Positions 1 through 9,725 of a stretch of DNA of 64,000 nucleotides are shown here, one piece after another. A program made the translations under genes and the position numbers. The stretch lies in the sequence record MZ779063.1; one strand, written 5' to 3'. The notes under the pieces are model-generated. The model was not told the DNA's origin, did no database searches, and saw only the letters and a list, made by a program, of their open reading frames with translations. Within the stretch, counting starts at the first letter, position 1. Every line of letters starts with the position of its first letter.

Positions 1-185
1 ATAATATTTATATTAATATTAATTATTAAATTTATAATTACTTACTAATATAAGTAATATATTAATACAAAATTTTAAAAATTTATAAATAAAAATTTTA
101 TAAAATCTGAATAACCAATTTATATTAATTAAAAAATCAATGACGTTTAAAAATATAATAAATTTGATTGAGGTGTATTAAGATA

Positions 186-1394
186 ATGGGTTTAAATAAA
201 AAACAAGAAGAAGGATTAAGATTAGCTAAAGAATGGTATAATAATGATAGTCATAGGCCTTTTGTATTATCAGGTATTGCTGGAAGTGGGAAGTCATTTA
301 CAATGACTAAAATAATTGATTCTTTAGGCTTACATGAAGCTAATGTTTCTTTTATAGCATATACAGGAATGGCTGCAGGCGTGTTAGTCAAAAGAGGTTT
401 GAATGCTACTACAATCCATAGAACTATTTATAATCATTTTATGGATGAAAAAACTGGTAAAGTGAATTTTAAATTAAAAGATGAATTACCGAGAGATATT
501 AAATTAATAATTATAGACGAAGTTTCAATGGTTCCTATGAAGATGATAGAAGAAATTCAAAGTTTTGGAATACCTATACTATGTTTAGGAGATCCAGCAC
601 AGCTTAAAAGTTTATCAGGAAGAAATGAATTATTAGATAAACCTGATATATTCTTAGATGAACCAGTAAGACAATCATTAGATAATCCTATACTTGTTGC
701 AGCTAATTTAGTTCGTAATGGTAAAGATTTAGAATATGGTTCATATGGAGATAATGTACATGTAATTACTTCAGATGAATTGACTTTAGATATGTATCAG
801 AATGCAGATCAAGTTCTAATGAGCTATAATAGAACAGTGGATCAATTTAATAGATTTTATAGAAGTCAAATATTAAATATTGATGTTGAAAATAATCCAT
901 TTCCTAAAGAAGATGAAAAAATTATTTGTCTAAAGAATAATTGGTCTAAAGTAGTTAATGAAGGTAATATAACTCAGTACTTAACTAATGGTTTGATTGG
1001 TAATATAACTAGATCTGGTAAAAAGAAACCTATGACTAAATCAACTCAGTTGGATTTTAAACCTAAAGGTTTTGAATTAGAAAGGTTTAGTAGAATATAT
1101 TACGATGATTTAATTTTTGAAGGTACTATTGGAGATCAACAAGAACTATTTGATTTAAGATTCAAAGATAATGAAATTAATAAAATATTTAAGAAACGAT
1201 ATGTAACTGAAATGTCTGATTTTGGTATGAAAGTAAATCCATTTAATTTTGCATACGGAATTACTATTCATAAATCTCAAGGTTCTGAATTTGATAATGT
1301 AATAGTATTTAGTGAAAATATGAGTAAAGATAGATTCAAGTCATTATATACAGCTATTACTCGTGCTAAAAAGAATTTAATTGTAGTTCAATAA
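186..1394 (+). CDS. SF1B (RecD/Dda-like) DNA helicase
   Basis: Walker A GIAGSGKS, IIIDEVSM, GDPAQL, TIHKSQGSEF, YTAITRAK. The ORF track starts at TTG 168; ATG 186 follows GAGGTG and is the more likely start. Confidence 0.9.
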   Translation: MGLNKKQEEGLRLAKEWYNNDSHRPFVLSGIAGSGKSFTMTKIIDSLGLHEANVSFIAYTGMAAGVLVKRGLNATTIHRTIYNHFMDEKTGKVNFKLKDELPRDIKLIIIDEVSMVPMKMIEEIQSFGIPILCLGDPAQLKSLSGRNELLDKPDIFLDEPVRQSLDNPILVAANLVRNGKDLEYGSYGDNVHVITSDELTLDMYQNADQVLMSYNRTVDQFNRFYRSQILNIDVENNPFPKEDEKIICLKNNWSKVVNEGNITQYLTNGLIGNITRSGKKKPMTKSTQLDFKPKGFELERFSRIYYDDLIFEGTIGDQQELFDLRFKDNEINKIFKKRYVTEMSDFGMKVNPFNFAYGITIHKSQGSEFDNVIVFSENMSKDRFKSLYTAITRAKKNLIVVQ

Positions 1395-1414
1395 TATGTA
1401 TAAGGATGATATAA

Positions 1415-1666
1415 GTGGATAATAATAATGTAAGTAGTAAAATCAATAAAAATCAATTACAAACAGCAATGAATAATATGACTAAAAATATAAATGGTAT
1501 AAGTAGAAAGATAACAGGACAAGATAAAATTGATGAAATTAATAAACTTAAAAGAGAAAATGAAGAATTACATCGTTTTCTCTTTAAGATCTATCAAGAT
1601 GATGATTTTGATAGAAGAGAATTGAAGAAAATTATATTTAAAGATGTAAATAAAAAATTTAAATAA
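1415..1666 (+). CDS. small coiled-coil hypothetical protein, C-terminal tag family
   Basis: AAGGA RBS; INKLKRENEELHRFL coil; ends DVNKKFK. Confidence 0.75.
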   Translation: MDNNNVSSKINKNQLQTAMNNMTKNINGISRKITGQDKIDEINKLKRENEELHRFLFKIYQDDDFDRRELKKIIFKDVNKKFK

Positions 1667-1668
1667 GG

Positions 1669-1875
1669 GTGATTAATTTGAATTCAGATATCCGAATAGA
1701 TAGAAGTGGCCTTTATATACAATCTAATGAGAAGCAGATGAAAGGACAAATTAAAATTATAGAAGAAAACAAAAAATTAAAAGATTTTATTATTGGTATT
1801 AAAAATAATGGTGGTTATGATGAAAAGGAATTAAATAAAATAGTAAATGAAATTGTTAAGGAGAATTTAAAATAA
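1669..1875 (+). CDS. small coiled-coil hypothetical protein, C-terminal tag family
   Basis: IEENKKLKDFII coil; ends NEIVKENLK; stop overlaps the next ATG. Confidence 0.75.
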   Translation: MINLNSDIRIDRSGLYIQSNEKQMKGQIKIIEENKKLKDFIIGIKNNGGYDEKELNKIVNEIVKENLK

Positions 1876-2330
1876 TGTCAAATGAAAAAGTTATTGCTAA
1901 AGAATTAACTTTAGATCAAAAAATTAAAATGTTAGAACCAAAGATAGATGAAGAGACTTATTTAAGACCATTAAGTCAAGTAGATGAATCTTTTTATAAT
2001 GAGGTTATTAAAGATGAATTAATTGAGAAAATTAATAATGAAGACCATAAATTTGAAAATAATTTCGATTATCATATATTTAAAAATGGACCAATACAAT
2101 TACTAGGTTTCATTTATAAATTTGAATTTAATGAAAATGCAGTAAATGTTAAAAAAGAAAAACCTAATGAAGGTAATATCTATTTTGGAAGCTTTATATT
2201 AAATAATAAAAATAAAAAAGATGATTCAATATATTTACTTAGAGTTGATAGCAGCTTAGTTGATTTCAGTATATTAGAAAATAAAAAATATAAAGAATTT
2301 GGACGTAATTTATTTAAATTAATTAAATAG
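1875..2330 (+). CDS. hypothetical protein
   Basis: Coupled TAATG start; AAGGAG RBS lies inside the upstream gene. Confidence 0.75.
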   Translation: MSNEKVIAKELTLDQKIKMLEPKIDEETYLRPLSQVDESFYNEVIKDELIEKINNEDHKFENNFDYHIFKNGPIQLLGFIYKFEFNENAVNVKKEKPNEGNIYFGSFILNNKNKKDDSIYLLRVDSSLVDFSILENKKYKEFGRNLFKLIK

Positions 2331-2341
2331 GAGTGATATAA

Positions 2342-2620
2342 ATGGATAAAGAAATCGAAGATTTAGCAGGAGGAATAAACAATCTAGAAATTGACCTTAA
2401 AGATATGAATCATAGATTATCTAATGATAGATCAATTATTATTTTTGAGATTGAAAAATTAAATAAAGCTGTAAATGATCTTTATGTATATAATGAAAAT
2501 CTTAAAAAGGAAAATAAACTTCTTAAAGAAGCAATAGTGTCTATTTCTAAGCATACAGAATTTAAGAATGATTATATAAATAAACTGTCTAATGAAATTG
2601 TTAAAGAAAATTTTAAATAA
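2342..2620 (+). CDS. small coiled-coil hypothetical protein, C-terminal tag family
   Basis: AGGAG RBS; LKKENKLLKEAIVSISK; ends NEIVKENFK. Confidence 0.8.
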   Translation: MDKEIEDLAGGINNLEIDLKDMNHRLSNDRSIIIFEIEKLNKAVNDLYVYNENLKKENKLLKEAIVSISKHTEFKNDYINKLSNEIVKENFK

Positions 2621-2640
2621 TAAAGAGATGTGATTTTATT

Positions 2641-2916
2641 TTGAATAATGAAAAAAGTTTAATTAAGCGTATGGAAGAGTTAGAAGAACGTACTAGAATG
2701 AATGAAATTAAATTAAATACTATGAAAGATAATTATCATTATATAAATGACATTATAGGCACATTAATTAATAGAATAGAAAATTCTAATCAAACTAATG
2801 AAAAGAAATTAGATGAAATAAGATTAGAGTTAGTCCGTCTTTCTAACGAATTAAATTCACATTCTGAATTAACTAAAAAGTATCTAAAGAATTTTATCAG
2901 AGATAATCTTAAATAA
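2641..2916 (+). CDS. small coiled-coil hypothetical protein, C-terminal tag family
   Basis: Heptad pattern; ends KNFIRDNLK. Confidence 0.75.
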   Translation: MNNEKSLIKRMEELEERTRMNEIKLNTMKDNYHYINDIIGTLINRIENSNQTNEKKLDEIRLELVRLSNELNSHSELTKKYLKNFIRDNLK

Positions 2917-2920
2917 AGGA

Positions 2921-3202
2921 ATGAAGTGCATGAAGACTATTAAAAGAATAATTGGTTCAGAAGAATTTATCAATACGGTAAAGAAAACTATAGCTAGAAC
3001 TAAGAAAGCAGAAGAGAAATTTTATGATTTAAATAATAGAGTTGATAAAGCTTTATCTTTAGCTAGTAAAGTTGTTGAAGATAATAAAGAAAAAGAAAGA
3101 CAAATTAAAGAGCTAAAAGAAGCTTTATCTAAAGAAAAAATTAATAACAGAAGCATAAAATCCCGATATAATAGATTATTGTATAAAAATGGAGGGAAAT
3201 AA
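2921..3202 (+). CDS. small basic coiled-coil hypothetical protein
   Basis: In operon, heptad pattern; start may be ATG 2930. Confidence 0.7.
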   Translation: MKCMKTIKRIIGSEEFINTVKKTIARTKKAEEKFYDLNNRVDKALSLASKVVEDNKEKERQIKELKEALSKEKINNRSIKSRYNRLLYKNGGK

Positions 3203-3207
3203 TAATT

Positions 3208-3435
3208 ATGAACTCAAATATTAATTTTAATGATAATGGATCATCTATGGATGAACTATATTCAAGAATGCAACTTAGAGCCGCTAAACAAGTAGAAAAA
3301 GATATATTGGGAGATAATGAAAAAGATTCCCTAGAAAAAGAAGTAAAAGAACTTAGAGAACTTGTTCTTGAAGTAGCTAAAAAGTATGATGTTAAAGAAA
3401 TAAAAGAATATCTAGTTAGAAAAAATATGAAATAG
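3208..3435 (+). CDS. small coiled-coil hypothetical protein, C-terminal tag family
   Basis: GGAGG RBS; LEKEVKELRELVLEVAKKYD; ends KEIKEYLVRKNMK. Confidence 0.8.
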   Translation: MNSNINFNDNGSSMDELYSRMQLRAAKQVEKDILGDNEKDSLEKEVKELRELVLEVAKKYDVKEIKEYLVRKNMK

Positions 3436-3460
3436 TGTTTAAGAAAAGAGTTGAATAAAA

Positions 3461-3652
3461 TTGGTTGAAAATGATTTAGATATCTTTAAAGCAATTGAAA
3501 AAGCAACTAATAATATCTTAGATAAAAATGAAAAACTAAAAAGTGAGAATTTAGAACTTAAAGAATTGATATTAGATATTTCTAAAGAATATAATATAAA
3601 AGATAAAAGAATAACTGAAATAAAAGTTGATCTAGCAAAAAATAAGAGGTAA
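3461..3652 (+). CDS. small coiled-coil hypothetical protein
   Basis: LKSENLELKELILDISKEYN matches the coil motif of its upstream neighbours; last gene before a terminator. Confidence 0.7.
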   Translation: MVENDLDIFKAIEKATNNILDKNEKLKSENLELKELILDISKEYNIKDKRITEIKVDLAKNKR

Positions 3653-3675
3653 TGACAAATTAATGTCATTACCTC
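3646..3675. terminator. intrinsic terminator between convergent genes
   Basis: GAGGTAATGAC-N8-GTCATTACCTC, perfect 11-bp stem. Confidence 0.75.
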
Positions 3676-3688
3676 AATTATACTGCTT

Positions 3689-5917
3689 TTAGTCATCATA
3701 TTTATCTTTATATTCATAATAACTATCAAATTGAACTTCTAAACCTGAGAAAGCTGAAATGAATCCCATTCTACCTTCCATATTGATGTTTTCAATATCT
3801 TTAAAATCAACATCTGGTTTACGATAATTGAAATTCTTATTTTTATCTATAAATATTCTAATTCTATTTTCATTTTTAATAATCTTAATATACTTGTTAT
3901 TAATGTCTAATGGAACATGATTAGTTAAAAATAATTGTTTTTCTGATTCATCTTGGAATATTTCTTTAGGTTTTCCAAATACTTTATCAATTTCATAGAA
4001 ACCAGTTTTCATTATACGGTCAGGATCTTTCATAACATCTTCATCATTCAAATCAAAGTAAGGAACATCCCAATTTTCTTGTTGAGAAGCTATCCAAAGC
4101 ATATAACCTGAATTTAGTTGAGTATTATAATCAAATATAATTCCTGCTCCACCAGTTTTATTTTTATTAATTACTTTAAATGTCATAATATAATTTTTAG
4201 GGAATTTGAAATTTTGACTATACACATAGTTCAATGCGTCATCATCAAATTTAGTTGTTCCATCTATGAAACTAATATAACCATAATTACCTAATGATTG
4301 TTTAGATAAAGTTTTATTATAAAATCCGGTATAAGTTTGAGTTTCTACAGGAAATGTGCCATATGATCTTAATGCAACTATCATAGGATTAAAGTATATT
4401 CCTGATCTACTCTCATCATAGAAATAATCAGAATCATCTGGATTTTTAAGTGAATAATTATACTCCAATTCAACATTATACCAATCTTCTTTAGTTACGA
4501 TAAACGTATTATCGAATTCTTCATGACTAATTCCAGCTATTTCAAATTCATCTAAACTAACTTGAATTATTTCATTTGGATCAACGTCATCAACAAAATT
4601 TGTTAATTTGACTTCTATTTCCATTTTCTTAATATTTTTCATATTGTACATCATATGTTTAAGATATGATTTTTGACCTTGAGTATTATAATTTTTATTA
4701 TTTGAAGGGAATATATTTTCTACTTTTTTAACTTTACCTGTATTTGATGTTAATGTGATATCATAAACTAACTTAGCTGTAGGATGATTATTATCTTTAA
4801 AGTTAGTTGAATATCCCATATTAAAAGCAAAGAAATCATAATTTAATAAACGTTTAATATTCATTCTAGGATTTTCATTTTCATCATCTAAAGTTATTTT
4901 AACAAATGATGCAGAATTTTCATCTTCTTTATCAGATTTACTTAAAATATCTCCTTTAACTTCATATAAACCGGTTTCTTGATTAAAACTTACTGAAGAT
5001 AATCTTGTTGATTCAAGATTAGAATGACTTACATCTTCATCATTAGCTTTTCTTAAATCAAATATAGCTGTGGGTGCTTTAAATTGATAGTTCTCTGTAG
5101 CATTAATTACATTAAAACCTTTTCGGTCTGTTATTTTTAATTTAGATGTACCATTTTGTAAAGGTGCAAATAAATATTTCTCTCCTGGTTTAAAGTACAT
5201 TTTACCTTGAAATTTACGTGAAAAACTTTTTTTGTAAAATAGATGTGGTAAAGTTTTTAAACCATCATTATTAAGTGTAAATGGTTCTACTAAATCTTTA
5301 TTATTTGTATCAGGTCTATAGAATTTATGCTCATGAACTTCATGTCTTTCTCTTAGATATCTATCAGAAGTGATATTTTCTAATTTATCTTCAAAATCAG
5401 TTTCAGGTACAAACGGTATAATTCTAGGATCGTTATAACCCGGAGTAACTCTGCCTGATTTTTCTTCAGTACTTTTCATCATATGTTTAAAAATAGGTTT
5501 AGGATTATTCTCAGTGCCTAATATTTCATTTTCTTCATTAATAATCTTATTTAAATCATTAATGACAGTCTCTGGGAAAATTTTTACAGTATCTGTATTA
5601 AATTGATCTACTGTTTGCATATCATTAACAAAAAGTAAAAGATACCAAAGATCAGTAGTTCCATATAGCTCATTAGATAGATATTCAGGTCGATAGTGAT
5701 ATGATTTTGATAAGTCATAATCTATTAAATCTCTTTTAAGTACATTTTCATATTTTTTTAGTAATGGTAAACTAAAGACAGCTTGTTTTTCAAATAAATA
5801 CCATTCTGATATATTATTAAGTAATATTTTATTCGTCTTGGAGTATTCTATTTCATCAGACATTTCAGGTACATCATTTCTACCCATATTGTTATTTCCT
5901 ACGTCACGAATAAGCAA
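3689..5917 (-). CDS. baseplate protein: T4 gp53-like/LysM-like N-terminus plus long beta-rich C-terminal region
   Basis: YHYRPEYLSNELYGTTDLWYLLLFVN resembles the gp53-type RPxxxxxxLYGxxxLYWxLLxxN motif; late-type promoter upstream. Confidence 0.65.
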   Translation of the reverse strand: MLIRDVGNNNMGRNDVPEMSDEIEYSKTNKILLNNISEWYLFEKQAVFSLPLLKKYENVLKRDLIDYDLSKSYHYRPEYLSNELYGTTDLWYLLLFVNDMQTVDQFNTDTVKIFPETVINDLNKIINEENEILGTENNPKPIFKHMMKSTEEKSGRVTPGYNDPRIIPFVPETDFEDKLENITSDRYLRERHEVHEHKFYRPDTNNKDLVEPFTLNNDGLKTLPHLFYKKSFSRKFQGKMYFKPGEKYLFAPLQNGTSKLKITDRKGFNVINATENYQFKAPTAIFDLRKANDEDVSHSNLESTRLSSVSFNQETGLYEVKGDILSKSDKEDENSASFVKITLDDENENPRMNIKRLLNYDFFAFNMGYSTNFKDNNHPTAKLVYDITLTSNTGKVKKVENIFPSNNKNYNTQGQKSYLKHMMYNMKNIKKMEIEVKLTNFVDDVDPNEIIQVSLDEFEIAGISHEEFDNTFIVTKEDWYNVELEYNYSLKNPDDSDYFYDESRSGIYFNPMIVALRSYGTFPVETQTYTGFYNKTLSKQSLGNYGYISFIDGTTKFDDDALNYVYSQNFKFPKNYIMTFKVINKNKTGGAGIIFDYNTQLNSGYMLWIASQQENWDVPYFDLNDEDVMKDPDRIMKTGFYEIDKVFGKPKEIFQDESEKQLFLTNHVPLDINNKYIKIIKNENRIRIFIDKNKNFNYRKPDVDFKDIENINMEGRMGFISAFSGLEVQFDSYYEYKDKYDD

Positions 5918-5950
5918 AATTATTTCACTTCCATTCTTATTTTGTTATAA

Positions 5951-5962
5951 TAAATGCATGTT
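5951..5962 (-). promoter_or_regulatory. late (nvRNAP-type) promoter AACA-N6-TA
   Basis: Minus strand AACATGCATTTA, 34 nt upstream of the start at 5917; matches the AR9 late consensus. Confidence 0.6.
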
Positions 5963-6013
5963 AAAGTTCGAATGAGCATATTAATAAAAAACTAAAAATT
6001 TCAACTAATATTT

Positions 6014-6027
6014 TAAATATATATTAT
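6014..6027 (+). promoter_or_regulatory. early-type promoter TAAATATATATTAT
   Basis: One of 7 exact intergenic copies; followed by hairpin 6033-6064. Confidence 0.7.
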
Positions 6028-6095
6028 TTTAATGAGATTGAGATGGAATTAATCTTAATACTCAAAAATAAAAATTTTTAATTACAAGGAGAGAT

Positions 6096-7646
6096 TTGGA
6101 TATGGCAAAAGTAAAATACTCACAAACAAAATTATTGGTAAGAGGAGCATTTAGATCAGATGAAATTATCAACGTAGTTGGTGATGGCGGAATTGGTAAA
6201 ACACAAATGATGAGAGATATTGCAGAAGAAGATAATATGAACTTCATTACTATCGCTGCAAATAACCTTAAAGAAGGGGAATTATCTTTACCAATGTTAT
6301 CACAAAAAGATAATGAAGTTATCTATGCTCCAATGGATAAAATTAAGTTAGCTAATAGTCTTTTTGAGAGATATAAAGAGTATCAAAGAGAAGGCGGAAA
6401 ACAATATTCACGTAAAGACCTTTCTTTAAAATCTGTTGATGAATTAAAAGAAATTTATGTGAAATTGACTGGTAAAGATGTTGTTGATTATTATGAGGAT
6501 ACTCATGAAAACTATGTTAATAAAGTATTTAACAAAGCTAGAGTTAAAAATGTTAAATATAGTAAAAATGATTTAATGAAAAAATCATTTGATGAATTAA
6601 ATGAAATCTTTGTAGAATTAACTGGTAAAGAATTAAGAGATAAAATTGGTAAAGGTTTCTATATCAAAGAAATTTTAGAAGCAGTTCCAAGACCTTATAC
6701 TCTATTATTTATTGACGAAATTGGACGTACAGACCAACAAGTACAATCAGAGTTAATGAACTTCTTATTAGAACGTCAAGTAAATGGTTATCATTTACCA
6801 CCTAACGTTAAGATTGCATTAGCACAAAACCCATCTTCAGACATGCCAGGATTTGAAGACTCAGAATACGCAGCAACTTCTATGGATAACGCAGTAAGTT
6901 CTCGTATTACATTTGTACACATGGTTCCTGATATTGAAAGTTGGGTAGACTTTGCTACTAAATATAAAGATGGTTCAGAAAAGCAAAATATTCATCCATC
7001 TATTGTTGAGTTCGTAACTGAAAAAGAAAGTACTGAATATTTATTTAGACCTCATAAAGAAGCTGGTAAAGACTTCAATGATACTAACCCACGTTCTTGG
7101 GAAATGATTTCTAATATGTTATATGTATTAGAAGAAGATGATTTATTTAAATTCTCTAATAGTGAAGAAGAGAAACGTAAGAAGAAAGATACTTTACAAT
7201 TCTTCACTGAAGGTAAAATTAATAGTGATTTAGCAAACTTATTTGTTAAATTCTATATTGAAAAACAAGCTAAATTACCTCGTCCAAGTGATATTTTATT
7301 TGAATATGATAAAGGTAAAATGGTTCCTCGTAAAGAATTAGCTAAACAACACATTGAAGCTATTGAAAGTCAATCAACTATTAGACAATTAACATTGAAA
7401 ACTTCAATGATTAACTATCTTAAAAATAATCCTGATTTAGCTGAAGAACAAGTTATTCAAATTGCTGTAGAAGCTTTATTATTAGGTAAAGTTGAAACTA
7501 ATGCTACACCAATTAGATTAATTTCTAGACTTTCAGAATCTACTGAAGAGTCAGACCAAGAATTATATGAGAAATTCACTGATAATGAATTATACAGTGA
7601 TAAAGCATTTGCATTATACGAACAAATGGTAGGAAGCTTAGGATAA
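6096..7646 (+). CDS. MoxR-like AAA+ ATPase
   Basis: GDGGIGKT Walker A, LLFIDEIGR Walker B, AQNP sensor, MDNAVSSR arginine finger, NPRSWE; adjacent to a vWA gene. Confidence 0.85.
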   Translation: MDMAKVKYSQTKLLVRGAFRSDEIINVVGDGGIGKTQMMRDIAEEDNMNFITIAANNLKEGELSLPMLSQKDNEVIYAPMDKIKLANSLFERYKEYQREGGKQYSRKDLSLKSVDELKEIYVKLTGKDVVDYYEDTHENYVNKVFNKARVKNVKYSKNDLMKKSFDELNEIFVELTGKELRDKIGKGFYIKEILEAVPRPYTLLFIDEIGRTDQQVQSELMNFLLERQVNGYHLPPNVKIALAQNPSSDMPGFEDSEYAATSMDNAVSSRITFVHMVPDIESWVDFATKYKDGSEKQNIHPSIVEFVTEKESTEYLFRPHKEAGKDFNDTNPRSWEMISNMLYVLEEDDLFKFSNSEEEKRKKKDTLQFFTEGKINSDLANLFVKFYIEKQAKLPRPSDILFEYDKGKMVPRKELAKQHIEAIESQSTIRQLTLKTSMINYLKNNPDLAEEQVIQIAVEALLLGKVETNATPIRLISRLSESTEESDQELYEKFTDNELYSDKAFALYEQMVGSLG

Positions 7647-7654
7647 CAATTATA

Positions 7655-7683
7655 GATAATGGAGATTATTAGTCTCCATTATC
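7655..7683 (+). terminator. hairpin/terminator
   Basis: GATAATGGAGA/TCTCCATTATC 11-bp stem followed by a T-rich tract. Confidence 0.6.
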
Positions 7684-7710
7684 TTCATTTATTTTTTTAT
7701 AATTAGGAGA

Positions 7711-9648
7711 GTGAATTTGATAATGAATGATAATAGAACAATTAAAGTAATTAGAAAAGAAATATTAGACGAAGTACAAGAATCGATTGTAAATGATAGA
7801 CAGTTAGATAAAAAGAAATTAACGAAGCTTGGAGAAGAATTAATTGAAAATAGTATTTTTGTGTTGTATACTTCTGATGTTGATATTTATGGAGTAATGT
7901 TAATGACTGTAGAAAAGATCATTGACATTGAAATTCCAGAACCAACTTTCTCAGTATTTGATGAAGAAAAAGGTTATAAGATTGGTATTAATCCAGTGTT
8001 ATTAGCCACTATGGTTGATAAAGATGAAGAAATAGTTTCTATGTTCCTACATGAAGTTATCCATGTAGCTCATGGACATTTAATTGAATTTAGAATGTTA
8101 AGAAATAAAGAAGATTCTCAATTAAAAATGTTAAGTCACTTAGGAATGGATTTATCAGTATTTGAAATTGAAGAAGACTTCCAATTAGGTAAACGTGAAG
8201 CTAATACAAGTAAAAAAGTTTTACCTGAAATTGCACCTAATGTAGATAAGATTGAAAAGTATATTCAAGATAAATTTAATAAAACAAATTTTAAATTAAA
8301 TCATAATGATGCTTCTCACTATTATATTAAACAATTAGTAGATATCTACAAAGAAAATAATGAAGAAGATATGTTTGATTCTATGGGTGAATCTATGCAA
8401 AATATGATTCAAGAATCTTCAGAAAAACAGAATGAACGTGATGAAGATTCATTGAATGAAGAAAATGAAATGTTGAAAGACATGTTAGAAGATTTAAAAG
8501 ACATTGAAGATAAAAATGATTTATCTAGTAAATTAGAAGATAATAAACTAGAAGAAAACAAAGTTGATGATTTTGAAAATAAAGCTCAAGATTATATGAA
8601 TAAATTAGATGAAATGAATCAAAATGATGAAGAGAATAGTAATGATACTCAAAATCAGAAAAATATAGAAGAGAAAATGAATGATTTACTAGATTCAATG
8701 AGAAATAATACTTCAGATAATAAATTTAATAGTAAAGATAATAATGATTTATCTGATAAAATACAAGAAATGAAATCAGATATATTAAATCAAATGATTC
8801 AGAATAATATGCAACAGGGTTCTCAAGGTATGCAAGGTGAAGATGGTGGAATGCAAGATGGACAAAATGTTTCTGATATGGGAAGTAACATGACTATGTC
8901 ATCTTCTTTAGATGGAAATTCTAAATATGCAGATAAATTTGATTCCAATCCTCTTGAAGGAGATGCTACAGAGGAAAGAATGAAAGACCAATTGTATGAT
9001 TTATTAGAAAGTGCTAGTAGTAATAGTCGTGGTGATACACCTAATCATATTAAAGAACAAATTGAAATTCTAAAACGTAAACCTAAGATTAAATGGCAAG
9101 ATTATCTTAAAGCTAAAGTAGGTAAAAAACGTTCTTCTAGTACGAAAACTATTTTAAGAAGAAATAGAAGACAACCTTATCGTAGTGATGTACGTGGGAC
9201 TTTACCTGGTAGAAAATTAGGTAAAGTATTTGCGGCTATTGACACTTCAGGTTCAATGGGTAGAAATGAAATTGAAGAAATTATTGCTGAATTGTATTAT
9301 ATTAGTAGTGATATGAAAATTGATTTAGTTTTATTATTCTTTTCAACTGGTGTTGAAGAAGTAGTTGAAGTAAACAGACCAAATCAATTTAATGATTATG
9401 TAATGGGTCGTGGCGGAACTTACTTCAGTTCTGTATTTGATTTCTTAAATGAAACTGATAACAAACGTAAATATTCAGTATCAAAAGATGATACTCTATT
9501 ATTCTTCTCAGATGGTTTTGGAGAACCTGAGGTGGAATACGGTGTATTAACTGATGTTGTTTGGGTTATTACTGAAGATGAAAATAATCTTTCAGTTAGA
9601 GATCCAAAAGGTAAAGTACTAAAATTAGAAATAGATAATAAAAGATAA
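7711..9648 (+). CDS. DUF2201-like HEXXH metallopeptidase plus vWA domain protein (MoxR partner)
   Basis: FLHEVIHVAHGH zincin motif; MIDAS AIDTSGSM, GRGGTYF, FFSDGFG; N/Q/E/M-rich linker; start may be 7717 or 7723. Confidence 0.85.
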   Translation: MNLIMNDNRTIKVIRKEILDEVQESIVNDRQLDKKKLTKLGEELIENSIFVLYTSDVDIYGVMLMTVEKIIDIEIPEPTFSVFDEEKGYKIGINPVLLATMVDKDEEIVSMFLHEVIHVAHGHLIEFRMLRNKEDSQLKMLSHLGMDLSVFEIEEDFQLGKREANTSKKVLPEIAPNVDKIEKYIQDKFNKTNFKLNHNDASHYYIKQLVDIYKENNEEDMFDSMGESMQNMIQESSEKQNERDEDSLNEENEMLKDMLEDLKDIEDKNDLSSKLEDNKLEENKVDDFENKAQDYMNKLDEMNQNDEENSNDTQNQKNIEEKMNDLLDSMRNNTSDNKFNSKDNNDLSDKIQEMKSDILNQMIQNNMQQGSQGMQGEDGGMQDGQNVSDMGSNMTMSSSLDGNSKYADKFDSNPLEGDATEERMKDQLYDLLESASSNSRGDTPNHIKEQIEILKRKPKIKWQDYLKAKVGKKRSSSTKTILRRNRRQPYRSDVRGTLPGRKLGKVFAAIDTSGSMGRNEIEEIIAELYYISSDMKIDLVLLFFSTGVEEVVEVNRPNQFNDYVMGRGGTYFSSVFDFLNETDNKRKYSVSKDDTLLFFSDGFGEPEVEYGVLTDVVWVITEDENNLSVRDPKGKVLKLEIDNKR

Positions 9649-9656
9649 TTCAAATT

Positions 9657-9688
9657 ACGTCAATGGATATTAATTTATCCATTGACGT
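9657..9688 (+). terminator. intrinsic terminator
   Basis: ACGTCAATGGATA/TATCCATTGACGT 13-bp stem followed by T-rich sequence. Confidence 0.7.
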
Positions 9689-9725
9689 TTATATTTAAAA
9701 TTTTTTACTTAAAGGAGATTAAACA

